A stretch of DNA of 64,000 bases from Methanobacteriota archaeon (GTDB lineage Archaea > Thermoplasmatota > Thermoplasmata > UBA10834), in contig CP070732.1 of NCBI GenBank assembly GCA_020347565.1, positions 1,471,508-1,535,507 of the forward strand. Reading direction: 5' to 3'. Below are positions 1 through 8,804 of the stretch, piece by piece. The notes beneath the pieces were generated by a model. That model saw nothing but the letters and a program-made list of their open reading frames with translations. It was not told the origin of the DNA and did not search any database. How positions within the stretch are numbered: position 1 is the stretch's first letter; each line of letters begins with the position of its first letter. Both the position numbers and the translations under genes were made by a program.

Positions 1-2523
1 CAGGAAGTCCGCGTCCGAGACGGCGTTTCCGTACAGATCCGTAGCGAGACCCTCGAGGGTCATCGTGGTGCCCTCGAGCACGGTGTTGACGTTCGCTGGC
101 AGCATGTCGATGGCGACCATCGGCCCTGGAACGACCTCGATAGGTTGGCTGAGTCCCGTGATGTCGTCCTTGCTCACCTCGATGGTGATCGTCTCCGTGG
201 TGAAGTACCGCTGAGATGGGATGATGGCGTGTCCGGCACCGGATATCAGCCAGGACGCGACGGCCAGGTCGTCGGTCGCCTCGTTCATGCCGGTTACATC
301 CATCGCTCGCAGGGATATCGTACCAGTCAGCTGCGTGGTGGTCAGATTGTCGCCGTTCTTGGCCCATACCTCCACGAAGAACGCGTCGCCTGCGACCACC
401 TCCGAGGGCACCTCGATGTAGAATGTCGAGAGCGCTGTCCCGTATGTCAGCCTTATTCTGTCTATGGTCGGGGTCACGAGTGTGTCGTGCGTGGTCATGA
501 CGGCCCTGATGCTGATGGCCGGTTCGAGCGCCGTCATAGGGGCGATAGTGTCGGACGTGATGTATTCCCAAACGTCGCCGCCATCTGTCGAGAAATAATA
601 GGCTATGGTGCCTGCGTCATCGTCGTGGTCGGCGGCGAAGGCCAGCCACGCGCTGAAGTCCGAGGGGCTGTAATCATCGGTCTCGATCGTCCCGGAGGGG
701 GAGTACCTCTCCCAATGGGCGGTCAGGCCGAGGAATGTAGGGGAGTACCACTCGAGGGGCGTCGAGAGGTACACGCGGTACCTGAAGTACTTGCCCGTCA
801 TGTTGGTGATAGCCTCTCCCTTGGTCAGAGGAGATGTCCAATCTGTCCATGAAGGGTCGGAGGTCGATGTGGAGTTTCCCGTGCTGATCATCAGCTGGAA
901 CGTAGGCTCGGTGTGCGGCTCGACCCTGATGTAATCGAACTGGACCGTCGGTTGAGCGGCCGAGTGGGACGCGACAAACAGGCCTATCATGATCTTCTTC
1001 GCCATCGGCGCTTGAGGCAGGTGGTGGTACACCTCCGCCCATGTCTGACCGTCCGGAGCGGCGGACAACCAGAAGCCCGTCGAGTTCCTGACGATCCTCA
1101 GGTGCGTGTAGGCGATGCCTACCCACGGGACCGCCGCGGCCGTGTCGCTTGTGCCGTTCTGGCACAGCTCGACCTGTATCTTGCTGTTGGCGTCGGAGTC
1201 CGACTTGGCCACCGAGAACCAGGACGCTTCGTCGTCGATGACGAGCAGCCCCGCCTGCATTTTATCTGCCGTGAAATAGTCCCTGAGGGAGACGGTGGCG
1301 GTGAAATCGCTCGTGACCTTCGTGAACAGGTAGTTGGACTCGATGGTGGTATTGAAGTTCCTCGCGTTAGGCGAGCCCGTGACCTGGAGCCAGCCAGGCA
1401 GCGTCAGTCCGATGTTGTATGAACCACCTTCCGCAAATGGGTTGTTCAGCCATGTCCAGTCCGGCGACAGCGGCGATTGAGAGTACTCGTCCGATATGGA
1501 GGATCTGGTGCCGTTCGACCATTCCACCATGGTGAAGGTCGAGTTCGTGCCTGGGCCCAGGACTGAGGACTCGTAGACTCCTTCGTTGCCTTGGATGGTG
1601 TAGTTGACCATGAGGCGGGGCCTGAATTCCGGCCACATCTCGTCATCGGATGAGATGAAATCCTTCGCTGAGTCAATCGCGCTCTCCTCGGGTACGAAGA
1701 TCAGGCCGTTGTTCGGCAGCACGCCCCTCACCCAGCACTCTGCGAGGTTCGTCATTTCGATCGACTTCCATCCGCCCGTATTGTTGATCACGCCCATCGC
1801 GAACGGCACCAAGGAGTAGTCCCCTCCAGGCGTCGCCCAGAAATCTGAAGTCGTCGCCTTCATCCAAGTGGTCTCCATCTCGTTGAAAGACCTGTTGAGC
1901 GAGTGGACGCCGAATGAGAACTCGCCTCCCTTGCCTCCGGGGTTCTGGTACATTAGAAGTGTCGCGTCGTTCAGGAACGACCCCGATGGTATGCTCCCGA
2001 GGTCGAACCTCATGAGTATGCGATGCACCTTGTTCGACTCCGAGTCTATCCGCAGCTCGCGTTCGGCCCCGTAGTTGTCGGTCGCCCTGTCCTCGCTGAT
2101 GTGGGTGTCATGCCCGGCCGCTCCGTCCGGCTGGAGGACGATGGTCGTGGTGAAGACCGAAGTCTCGTCGAGAATCATCGAATCGGGTGAGGTACTGTAC
2201 CCAATGTTCACTCCAGTGCCTGCCGAGAATTCCTCCACGGAGTCCTCGATGACTGACTCGTTGACCAGGGATAGAGACGCCGTCCCACCGGCGACGGCCA
2301 TGCCGGATAGCGAGTAGTCGCCAGGCGTGTCCATGTCCCACGTGACGGTTCTCGTATAGTCTATGTTGTCGGTATCTTCCGGATCGGACGCCGCGGATGG
2401 CACAAGGGCGAGGAGGGGGGCAAGCAGCATGGCTGCGCACAATAGGATTGTCGCTGATACACGAGAGCGTTGCCGCGCTCGGGGTGTCGTTGTGCGGCAC
2501 AGCTCTGGAGTTCGCTGAGACAT
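1..2523 (-). CDS. Large secreted/cell-surface (glyco)protein, N-terminal 841 codons; the ORF continues past the left window edge
   Basis: Absent from the ORF track because its stop lies outside the window. I checked every minus-strand codon in the frame of ATG 2523..2521 down to base 1 and found no stop. The N-terminus MSQRTPELCRTTTPRARQRSRVSATILLCAAMLLAPLLALVPSAAS is a basic stretch plus a hydrophobic signal/anchor. It is followed by HDTHISEDRATDNYGAERELRIDS..RILMRFDLGSIPSGSFLNDATLLMY (DNRLRE-like pattern), a ConA/DUF1349-like stretch (WTWLNNP..GWLQVTG..FTATVSL..AGLLV) and more than 10 N-x-S/T sequons. Confidence 0.75.
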   Translation of the reverse strand, partial: MSQRTPELCRTTTPRARQRSRVSATILLCAAMLLAPLLALVPSAASDPEDTDNIDYTRTVTWDMDTPGDYSLSGMAVAGGTASLSLVNESVIEDSVEEFSAGTGVNIGYSTSPDSMILDETSVFTTTIVLQPDGAAGHDTHISEDRATDNYGAERELRIDSESNKVHRILMRFDLGSIPSGSFLNDATLLMYQNPGGKGGEFSFGVHSLNRSFNEMETTWMKATTSDFWATPGGDYSLVPFAMGVINNTGGWKSIEMTNLAECWVRGVLPNNGLIFVPEESAIDSAKDFISSDDEMWPEFRPRLMVNYTIQGNEGVYESSVLGPGTNSTFTMVEWSNGTRSSISDEYSQSPLSPDWTWLNNPFAEGGSYNIGLTLPGWLQVTGSPNARNFNTTIESNYLFTKVTSDFTATVSLRDYFTADKMQAGLLVIDDEASWFSVAKSDSDANSKIQVELCQNGTSDTAAAVPWVGIAYTHLRIVRNSTGFWLSAAPDGQTWAEVYHHLPQAPMAKKIMIGLFVASHSAAQPTVQFDYIRVEPHTEPTFQLMISTGNSTSTSDPSWTDWTSPLTKGEAITNMTGKYFRYRVYLSTPLEWYSPTFLGLTAHWERYSPSGTIETDDYSPSDFSAWLAFAADHDDDAGTIAYYFSTDGGDVWEYITSDTIAPMTALEPAISIRAVMTTHDTLVTPTIDRIRLTYGTALSTFYIEVPSEVVAGDAFFVEVWAKNGDNLTTTQLTGTISLRAMDVTGMNEATDDLAVASWLISGAGHAIIPSQRYFTTETITIEVSKDDITGLSQPIEVVPGPMVAIDMLPANVNTVLEGTTMTLEGLATDLYGNAVSDADFL

Positions 2524-2688
2524 GTCTCTGATCCTCGCTCGCCCTTGAGCGAAGAGTAACTACTCGCCTCCAGGCTATATATATGGACGAGACCGGGTTA
2601 TCGGGCTTGATAATGGCACTGGCCAGCGAGGTCAGCGGACCTCTCGATGCGGCCGGCCTAGCCAGCATCTCCCGTCGGATGGAAGAGG

Positions 2689-3258
2689 TTAAGTACCGCC
2701 CTTGCGGCCCCATCCGAACAGCCTTCCGAGCGCATTCAGGATCGTCTCCCAGAGCGTGCGGAGGGCCGCTCTCGCCTCCATCCTGAACACGGCGACCATG
2801 AGGGCGCCGAGGAACAGGAGCGCCACGCCTGCGTCGGAGAGGAAGCTCGTGGTGCCCATCTCCTGCAGCTCGCGCATTCCATACGCCAGCTGGAAGCCGA
2901 AGATCGGGCCGCCATCGACCGAATATGTTATCGTGGGTTCGAAGTAGAATTGCTCCGGCACGAGGGGCCACAGGAACGCCACGCCGCCCATGTCCAGGAC
3001 CCCGTGCGAGGCGAGGTAGAACTGTACGATGAGGGCGGAGAGAAGCCACTCCGGCTTCCGGTACTTGGCGTACAGCAGTATGATCATCGGCAGGACCAGT
3101 ACGGGAACGAAGCTGTGGCCGAGGGCTCTGTGGAGCCCGAACAGCGAGTCGAAATCCGGCAGGATCGCCAGCGGGGCGAACATGACCGCCCTGCGTGTGT
3201 CTATCCTCATGGCGAGAAGGAAGAGCAGAGGGAGTATCAGGTGCTGAAACGGGTCCAT
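2689..3258 (-). CDS. Polytopic membrane protein, YdjM/DUF457-like metal-dependent hydrolase
   Basis: 189-aa ORF with 5-6 hydrophobic helices and His/Asp positions (LGHSF, ASHGVLD) resembling DUF457. The overlapping 394-aa ORF 2108..3292 is Arg/Pro-rich and looks non-coding. Confidence 0.5.
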   Translation of the reverse strand: MDPFQHLILPLLFLLAMRIDTRRAVMFAPLAILPDFDSLFGLHRALGHSFVPVLVLPMIILLYAKYRKPEWLLSALIVQFYLASHGVLDMGGVAFLWPLVPEQFYFEPTITYSVDGGPIFGFQLAYGMRELQEMGTTSFLSDAGVALLFLGALMVAVFRMEARAALRTLWETILNALGRLFGWGRKGGT

Positions 3259-3334
3259 GTCGTCCTCTGCGAACGCTCTTCTGGTTATTCAAACGTTGGC
3301 GCTGGCGGCGGCCCCAGACACCGCAGGCAAAGAG

Positions 3335-3342
3335 TATTTATC
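3335..3342 (+). promoter_or_regulatory. TATA-box-like element (TATTTATC) upstream of rubrerythrin
   Basis: A/T-rich octamer in otherwise GC-rich DNA, about 65 nt upstream of ATG 3404. An AGGAAG Shine-Dalgarno-like motif lies 10 nt before that ATG. Confidence 0.4.
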
Positions 3343-3403
3343 GACTCCTAATGCTCATGAGAAGCTGACTGGAGCTCATGGCGACAGCAGGAAGCGATGT
3401 CTG

Positions 3404-3907
3404 ATGCACAAGATGACCAAGCAGAATCTGGAAGAGGCGTACGCCGGCGAGAGCCAGGCGTACATGAAGTACTCCATTTGGGCCGACAGGGCGGAGAAGG
3501 ACGGCAAGCCGTCCGTAGCGAGGTTGTTCCGGGCGGTGGCTGCGGCGGAGAAGGTGCATGCGACGAACCACTGGCGCGTGCTCGGCAACATAGGCGATAC
3601 GGACGCGAACCTCGAGCATGCCGTTGAGGGTGAGAACTACGAGATCGAAGAGATGTACCCAGCGTTCGAGGCGGTGGCCGAGCATCAGGGCGAGAAGAAC
3701 GCCCTCAGGAGCATACACTTCGCCTTCGAGGTCGAGAAGGCACACGCGAAGCTGTACGCGAAGGCGAAGGAGGCCGTCTACTCCGGCATGGACGCGGAGA
3801 TCGGCGATCTGCACGTCTGCCCCGTGTGTGGCTACACGGTGGAGGGCAATCCGTCCGACACGTGCCCCGTCTGCGGCGCCAAGAAGGAAATCTTCTCCAG
3901 GTTCTGA
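3404..3907 (+). CDS. rbr: Rubrerythrin
   Basis: Ferritin-like diiron half (EEAYAGESQAYMKY, AAEKVHATNH, EGENYEIEEMY, FEVEKAHAKLY) plus a C-terminal rubredoxin-type CPVCG..x..CPVCG. The track ORF starts at 3257, but the first 49 codons are non-homologous, so I place the start at Met50 (3404; alternative 3413). Confidence 0.9.
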   Translation: MHKMTKQNLEEAYAGESQAYMKYSIWADRAEKDGKPSVARLFRAVAAAEKVHATNHWRVLGNIGDTDANLEHAVEGENYEIEEMYPAFEAVAEHQGEKNALRSIHFAFEVEKAHAKLYAKAKEAVYSGMDAEIGDLHVCPVCGYTVEGNPSDTCPVCGAKKEIFSRF

Positions 3908-4139
3908 GCGGCTGTCACAACCAAGGGAGGGTTCCTGCCTGTGCTCTCTCGCACGCGTGAAGCCCGTTTCCTTTCGGTACAACGAATATGCCCAGGGTGG
4001 GCCATAGGACGCCCCGCAGGGGACGTGCGCCCCCTCAGACGCGAGGGAAACGCCTTCCACGTCGAGAGGAGGATCAGCGCACCTTCCAAATGTAAAGAAG
4101 GTTGACGAAGTATCACATCGTTAATAGCGGTATTTCGCG

Positions 4140-5348
4140 GTGAGGAGCATGTCGGAAACGGACCACAAGGGGGCGGACGCTGGTATCAGTTCGGACTCGG
4201 AATCAATCGCACGAAGACGGCAGGGGCGGACGGAGGCGCCGCTCGGGAAGAGGCTGCGCATCCTCCTGGTCGTCTCAATCGTGCTCGTGGCTGGCCTCTC
4301 AGCGTTGGCGCTCCTCTCGCCTTCATCAGATGCCGCCGTCCTGTGCGTGATTCTGCCCGAGGAGGAAGCCCCTTTCTCCCATACCGCCGAGATAGAGTCC
4401 GCGGTGACCATGGCCAAGGAGGAGCTGAACGAGTGGGGCGGGATCGGCAACATGAAGATAGAGCTCATGATGGAGGAAACGGAGGTCGAATACGACGACG
4501 TCTCCTCCTTGTTCGAGCGACTCGAGCGCGAGGTGCGTCCGATCGCTTACATGTCCATCAGCTGCGAGCTGCTGTCGATGCTCGCGCCCTTGACCGAGGA
4601 GGCCGAGGTGCCGCTCATCGGTCTGGCATCCGCGCCCGGGCTGACCCAGGGATACGAGTGGACGTACAGGTACTACACCTCTTCCGAACACGAGGTCAAT
4701 TCCACCTTGAGGATCCTTGAGACCCTGGACGTAAGCTCGCTTGGAATCCTCTATTCCGTTAGCCCCCATGGCTGCGGTCTGAACGACCTGCTGGTCGAGA
4801 GGTTCGTAGCGGTGGGGGGCACCGTCGAGTCCCAGGCATGCGAGGCCGAGGAAACGGACTTCACTGACGAGGTCGAGGCGTTGAGCGACAACGACGCGAT
4901 ATTCGTCGTGGCGCACTGCGGCACGCTCGTCACCATGTTCGCCACCCTTGACGAGAGCGGCTACGACGGCTACGTGGTCGCCTCGAGCTGCGCCTCCTCC
5001 CCCACGCTCAGGAGCGTGATGGCGCTGGACAGCTTGTACGTCTCTGCGCCCATACTGTACAAGGCTGAGAACATACTCGCCAGCGAGTTCACCGAGAAGT
5101 TCACGGCGAACTTCGAAATACCGTTCTCTCATCATGCCGCCGTCAGCTACGACATCGTATACCTCGTCCACGACCTCCTCGAGATCGAGGGGCGTGACCC
5201 GACGAGGGCAGTCCTCGGGCAGCGGCTCGCAGACGGCTTCGTGTTATCGGGGGTCATGGGGAGCATGAGGATAGACCCTGGCTCGCATGACTTCCCCATC
5301 CCTGTCTATCCGGCAGTGATATTGGAGGGAGAGCTTTCGTATCTGTAG
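4140..5348 (+). CDS. Membrane-anchored type-1 periplasmic-binding-protein fold (LivJ/ANF-receptor-like) solute-binding protein
   Basis: 402 aa. It has a charged N-terminus, one TM (LRILLVVSIVLVAGLSALALL), then an alternating alpha/beta domain with PBP1-like layout (..PLIGLASAPGLTQ..YRYY..LGILYS..FVVAHCG..YVSAPI..HHAAVSYDIVYL..). The start is GTG 4140 or ATG 4149. It ends in TAG. Confidence 0.65.
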   Translation: MRSMSETDHKGADAGISSDSESIARRRQGRTEAPLGKRLRILLVVSIVLVAGLSALALLSPSSDAAVLCVILPEEEAPFSHTAEIESAVTMAKEELNEWGGIGNMKIELMMEETEVEYDDVSSLFERLEREVRPIAYMSISCELLSMLAPLTEEAEVPLIGLASAPGLTQGYEWTYRYYTSSEHEVNSTLRILETLDVSSLGILYSVSPHGCGLNDLLVERFVAVGGTVESQACEAEETDFTDEVEALSDNDAIFVVAHCGTLVTMFATLDESGYDGYVVASSCASSPTLRSVMALDSLYVSAPILYKAENILASEFTEKFTANFEIPFSHHAAVSYDIVYLVHDLLEIEGRDPTRAVLGQRLADGFVLSGVMGSMRIDPGSHDFPIPVYPAVILEGELSYL

Positions 5349-5401
5349 CTTCTCGATTCCGTGGCCTCAGGTCGACCAAGCTCGGCGTTAGGATAGCGTC
5401 C

Positions 5402-7291
5402 GTGCTGCTGGCCGTGGTCGTCATCCTCGCGGGGCTGACGATGTACGTGCTCGAGGAGGCCAGGGGGGCGCTGGTGGATTCCGTGGGGACCGAGAGCGTT
5501 CACACCGCGGGGTTCATCTCCACGGCCGTCGGACGGGCGATCTACCATAAGTACCACGAGATCTGGCTGCACGGGAGCGAAGCGTCGATGCAGGCCGAGC
5601 TGGCGAAGTCCAACCTCCAATTCGATCACATGGAAGATCGCGAGGCGTACCTGCACTCCATGAACAGCGAGTGGGTTTCCACGCCACCGGGCGAGACGAC
5701 GCCCTTCATGGAGGGCATAATGTCAAACAACATCTCGTACTACCTGAGGACGATGCTTTACGAGCACTACATCCAGGACCACGGGCTCAGCATCTACGGC
5801 AACATAGCCGTGGTGAACAAGTACGGCGCCGTGATAGCCATGGTGCAACGGACGATGTCGTACAAGCAGACCGACGCTCCCTGGTGGGCCGATGCCCTGG
5901 AGCACGGCCACGCCTTCAGCGACATAATAGACTGCGAAATGACGAACGTCCACGGCGTGAGGGTGTACGCTAAGCTACAGGACGCCAACGGCAACTTCAC
6001 GGGCGTCGCGATGGCGCTGCTCGACATCGTCGCCATCTCCGAGGAGGCTGTGTACTTCGGCCGGCTGTACGAGACGACGAAGATGCGCATCGTCACGTCC
6101 GACGGGCGCCTGATATTCTCGGACGGGGCGTTCGTAGCGTTCGACGACGTCTCCGACGAGCAGTACTTCGTGCGCGCCCTCGAGGAGACCAGTGGATACA
6201 CGCTCGCCGCGGAGGGCGGACGTGAGAGGCTGTTCTCGTTCACCCGCTCCACCCCGTACCTGAAGTATGACGGGAACGATTGGATCATACTCGTCGACCA
6301 CGACGCATCAGAGGTCCTAGCTCCCGTGGACGACCTGAGCTCCAAGGTGCTCATAGCGTCCATATCGATCATAGGCCTCGCCATCGGGATATCGCACCTG
6401 TTCGCCTCCTCGGTGTCGAGGCGCGTGAGGCGGCTGACGGACGCCACCACCGACCTGTCCAAGGGGTCCCTCGACAGGCGCGTCGACGTCCTCAGCTCGG
6501 ACGAGCTCGGACAGCTCGCGAACGCTTTCAACAGCATGGCCACGGACCTCGAGGTGCTCTACGACAACCTCGAGCTGAAGGTGCAGGAGAGGACCGCGGC
6601 GCTCGAGAAGGCATCGAAGAAGTTGCAGCTGCTGGGGTCGATCACGCGTCACGACGCACTCAACCAAATCAGCGTCGTCATGGGCTGGCTCTCGGTGATT
6701 GAGGAGTCGCTGCACGATGAGAAGTCCCTCGACATGATGAGGCGGGTCAGAGAGGCAGCGATGAACATCGAGAGGTATCTCGAGTTCACGGGAACGTACG
6801 AACGTGTAGGTGTGAAGCACCCGGAGTGGATCAGGCTCGACGAGGCGCTCACGATCAGCCTGTTCGGGCTGGACCCGCGGCAGTTCCAGCTGCACAACGG
6901 CCTCGCTGGCCTCCACGTGTTCGGCGATCCCATGCTCCCGCGCGTGCTGCGCAACCTGGTCGACAACTCGATAAGGCACGGCGGCGGAATCACGAAGGCG
7001 TCATTCACCTACGAGCGGACGCCCGAGGGCGTCGTGGTTGTCTACGAGGATGACGGCAAGGGCATCCCCGACGACATGAAGACCGTGATCTTCGAGCGCG
7101 GCCTCCAGGCGGGCAGGAAGTCGTTCGGGCTCTACCTGTCGAAGGAGATACTCTCCATAACGGACATGTCGATCAGGGAGGTCGGTACGCCGGGCGAGGG
7201 CGCGAGGTTCGAGATCGTCGTGCCCGAGGGCAGGTACCGGATCGACCGTGAGCCCGTTGCTTCGTCCAAGCGAGAGGGCGAAGGGGAGTAA
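5402..7291 (+). CDS. Sensor histidine kinase (Cache-like sensor, HAMP, HisKA-like, HATPase_c)
   Basis: TM, then an extracytoplasmic Cache-like region (YGNIAVVNKYGAVIAMV..APWWADA), a second TM, HAMP (LTDATTDLSKGSLDRRVDVLSSDELGQLANAFNSM), H-box ITRHDALNQ, and ATPase motifs LRNLVDNSIRHGG, YEDDGKGIP, FGLYLSKEI, GEGARFEIVVP. GTG 5402 is the only canonical start after the in-frame stop at 5288..5290. Confidence 0.85.
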   Translation: MLLAVVVILAGLTMYVLEEARGALVDSVGTESVHTAGFISTAVGRAIYHKYHEIWLHGSEASMQAELAKSNLQFDHMEDREAYLHSMNSEWVSTPPGETTPFMEGIMSNNISYYLRTMLYEHYIQDHGLSIYGNIAVVNKYGAVIAMVQRTMSYKQTDAPWWADALEHGHAFSDIIDCEMTNVHGVRVYAKLQDANGNFTGVAMALLDIVAISEEAVYFGRLYETTKMRIVTSDGRLIFSDGAFVAFDDVSDEQYFVRALEETSGYTLAAEGGRERLFSFTRSTPYLKYDGNDWIILVDHDASEVLAPVDDLSSKVLIASISIIGLAIGISHLFASSVSRRVRRLTDATTDLSKGSLDRRVDVLSSDELGQLANAFNSMATDLEVLYDNLELKVQERTAALEKASKKLQLLGSITRHDALNQISVVMGWLSVIEESLHDEKSLDMMRRVREAAMNIERYLEFTGTYERVGVKHPEWIRLDEALTISLFGLDPRQFQLHNGLAGLHVFGDPMLPRVLRNLVDNSIRHGGGITKASFTYERTPEGVVVVYEDDGKGIPDDMKTVIFERGLQAGRKSFGLYLSKEILSITDMSIREVGTPGEGARFEIVVPEGRYRIDREPVASSKREGEGE

Positions 7292-7331
7292 GGGCCCTCC
7301 TGGGCGGTCTCGGCTCGTGCGGTCCCGGGCG

Positions 7332-8798
7332 TCACTTCGCCGGAATGTTCTTCTCCGCCTCTTCAACCAGCGCTGCGAGGTCCTTCCTTATGTCCTGTGC
7401 GAGCGGCTCGACCTCGTGAGTCTTGAGGATCTCCTTGGCCTTCTCGCGCGCGTGGTCGGCGGCGTTCTTGCACCCCGCGGCCTTCCAGTTCTTGTAGGGC
7501 TGTCCGTCCGTAACCATGGGTTGCCACATCTCCCTCGCATGGTCGATCGTGTGCTTCTTGCCCATGAAATGCCCTTCATGGCCGACGGCCTCGATCACGT
7601 CGAGGGCCATCGTGTCGTCGTTGATGTCGACGCCCTTGAGCATGTCGGCCATCATGGTGAACATCTCGTGGTCGATTATCAGCTGCTCGTACGACAGCAC
7701 CGTCCAGTTCTCGAGCAGTCCAGGTCCCGAAGTGATGTCCGCGCCGGCGAGGTAGGCGATGAACGCGGAGAACGCCTTCTCGTATCCCGACTGCACGTCG
7801 GGCACCTTGGAGCACGAGCCCCAGCCGCCGATGAATATCGGTATTCTGTAGTATCTGGCCATCTGCACGTGCGCCGCGCGGACCATGTTCGCCGCGGGGA
7901 AGAGCCCCTCCATCAGCCCCGTCTGGACGTCCATGGCCATCGGTTCGGAGCTGTAGCACAGCGGCGAGCCCGGAGCCGCGAGCTGCAGCACCGTTGCGCA
8001 TGCGATGACCTGCGCGTTGCCCAGCAGCGTCGCGCCGGCGACGGTCATAGGCGCCGTCGCGCCCACGAGCGGCATCGCCATCAACAGCGGAGGGCAGCCG
8101 CGCTTGCTGAACTCGATTGCCGCGTCGGTCGTCATGCCAAGGACTAGGGGGGATGTCGTGCACGTCAGATTGGATATGATCGGTCTCCTCCTGAGCTCCT
8201 TCTCGCCGCCGACTATCGCCTCTGCCATCTTCAGCTGGTAGATGGCCTCTTCCTTCTTGTACGTCGAGCCCGTCGTGTAGTGCTTCGAGCAGTTCTCCAT
8301 AGACGCCTCGAACTCGTGCACCGGGTGCGCGTGCTCTGGCACGTCCAGAGGCGTGACGAGAGGGTTGTACATGTGCATCATCGGGAGGTGGTCGACGACC
8401 TTCGCCGACTCGCCGACGTCCTTCTTCGTGGACGGTCTCCTCTCGCCCGTCTCTAAGTCGATCGTCGACAGGCCGACGCCGTCGGTGCACGTGTAGCAGT
8501 GGCTGCCGTCCAGGACGAAATCCTTCTTCGGATCCCTCGAGGCTATCCTGACGGGCCGCTTGCACTTCCTCATCATCTCCTCGACAAGGTAGCTCGGTAT
8601 CTTGCAGACCTTCGTCTTCTCATCCACATCGGCCCCCGCCTCCTGCAGGAGCCGCCTTCCCTGGTCGCTGACCACTTTGATGCCCATGTGTTCCAGCAGG
8701 TACAGCGAGTTGATGTGTATGGCATCCGCCCCGGCGCTCTCCATGACGTCGAGCCGCTTCATGCCGAAGATGCCTCTCTGGAGGTCCTTCGCCGCCAT
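7332..8798 (-). CDS. MttB-superfamily methyltransferase, non-pyrrolysine type (substrate unknown)
   Basis: 488 aa with end-to-end resemblance to trimethylamine methyltransferase MttB family proteins (..IHINSLYLLEHMGIKV.., ..LSTIDLETGERRPSTKKDV.., ..GGEKELRRRPIISNLTCTTSPL.., ..GADITSGPGLLE..). The ORF is uninterrupted, so it has no in-frame TAG. It lies 6 nt downstream of the corrinoid-protein gene. Confidence 0.85.
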   Translation of the reverse strand: MAAKDLQRGIFGMKRLDVMESAGADAIHINSLYLLEHMGIKVVSDQGRRLLQEAGADVDEKTKVCKIPSYLVEEMMRKCKRPVRIASRDPKKDFVLDGSHCYTCTDGVGLSTIDLETGERRPSTKKDVGESAKVVDHLPMMHMYNPLVTPLDVPEHAHPVHEFEASMENCSKHYTTGSTYKKEEAIYQLKMAEAIVGGEKELRRRPIISNLTCTTSPLVLGMTTDAAIEFSKRGCPPLLMAMPLVGATAPMTVAGATLLGNAQVIACATVLQLAAPGSPLCYSSEPMAMDVQTGLMEGLFPAANMVRAAHVQMARYYRIPIFIGGWGSCSKVPDVQSGYEKAFSAFIAYLAGADITSGPGLLENWTVLSYEQLIIDHEMFTMMADMLKGVDINDDTMALDVIEAVGHEGHFMGKKHTIDHAREMWQPMVTDGQPYKNWKAAGCKNAADHAREKAKEILKTHEVEPLAQDIRKDLAALVEEAEKNIPAK

Positions 8799-8804
8799 CG
8801 TCGC

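Noticed and set aside
2108-3292. 394-aa minus-strand ORF
   Set aside because: It overlaps both the surface-protein gene and the DUF457-like gene out of frame. Its composition is extremely Arg/Pro/Gly/His-rich.
5346-5401. TAG read-through or frameshift fusing the binding protein to the histidine kinase
   Set aside because: Reading through TAG 5346 hits another TAG after 15 codons, and the frame differs from the kinase frame. There is no homology support for a fusion.
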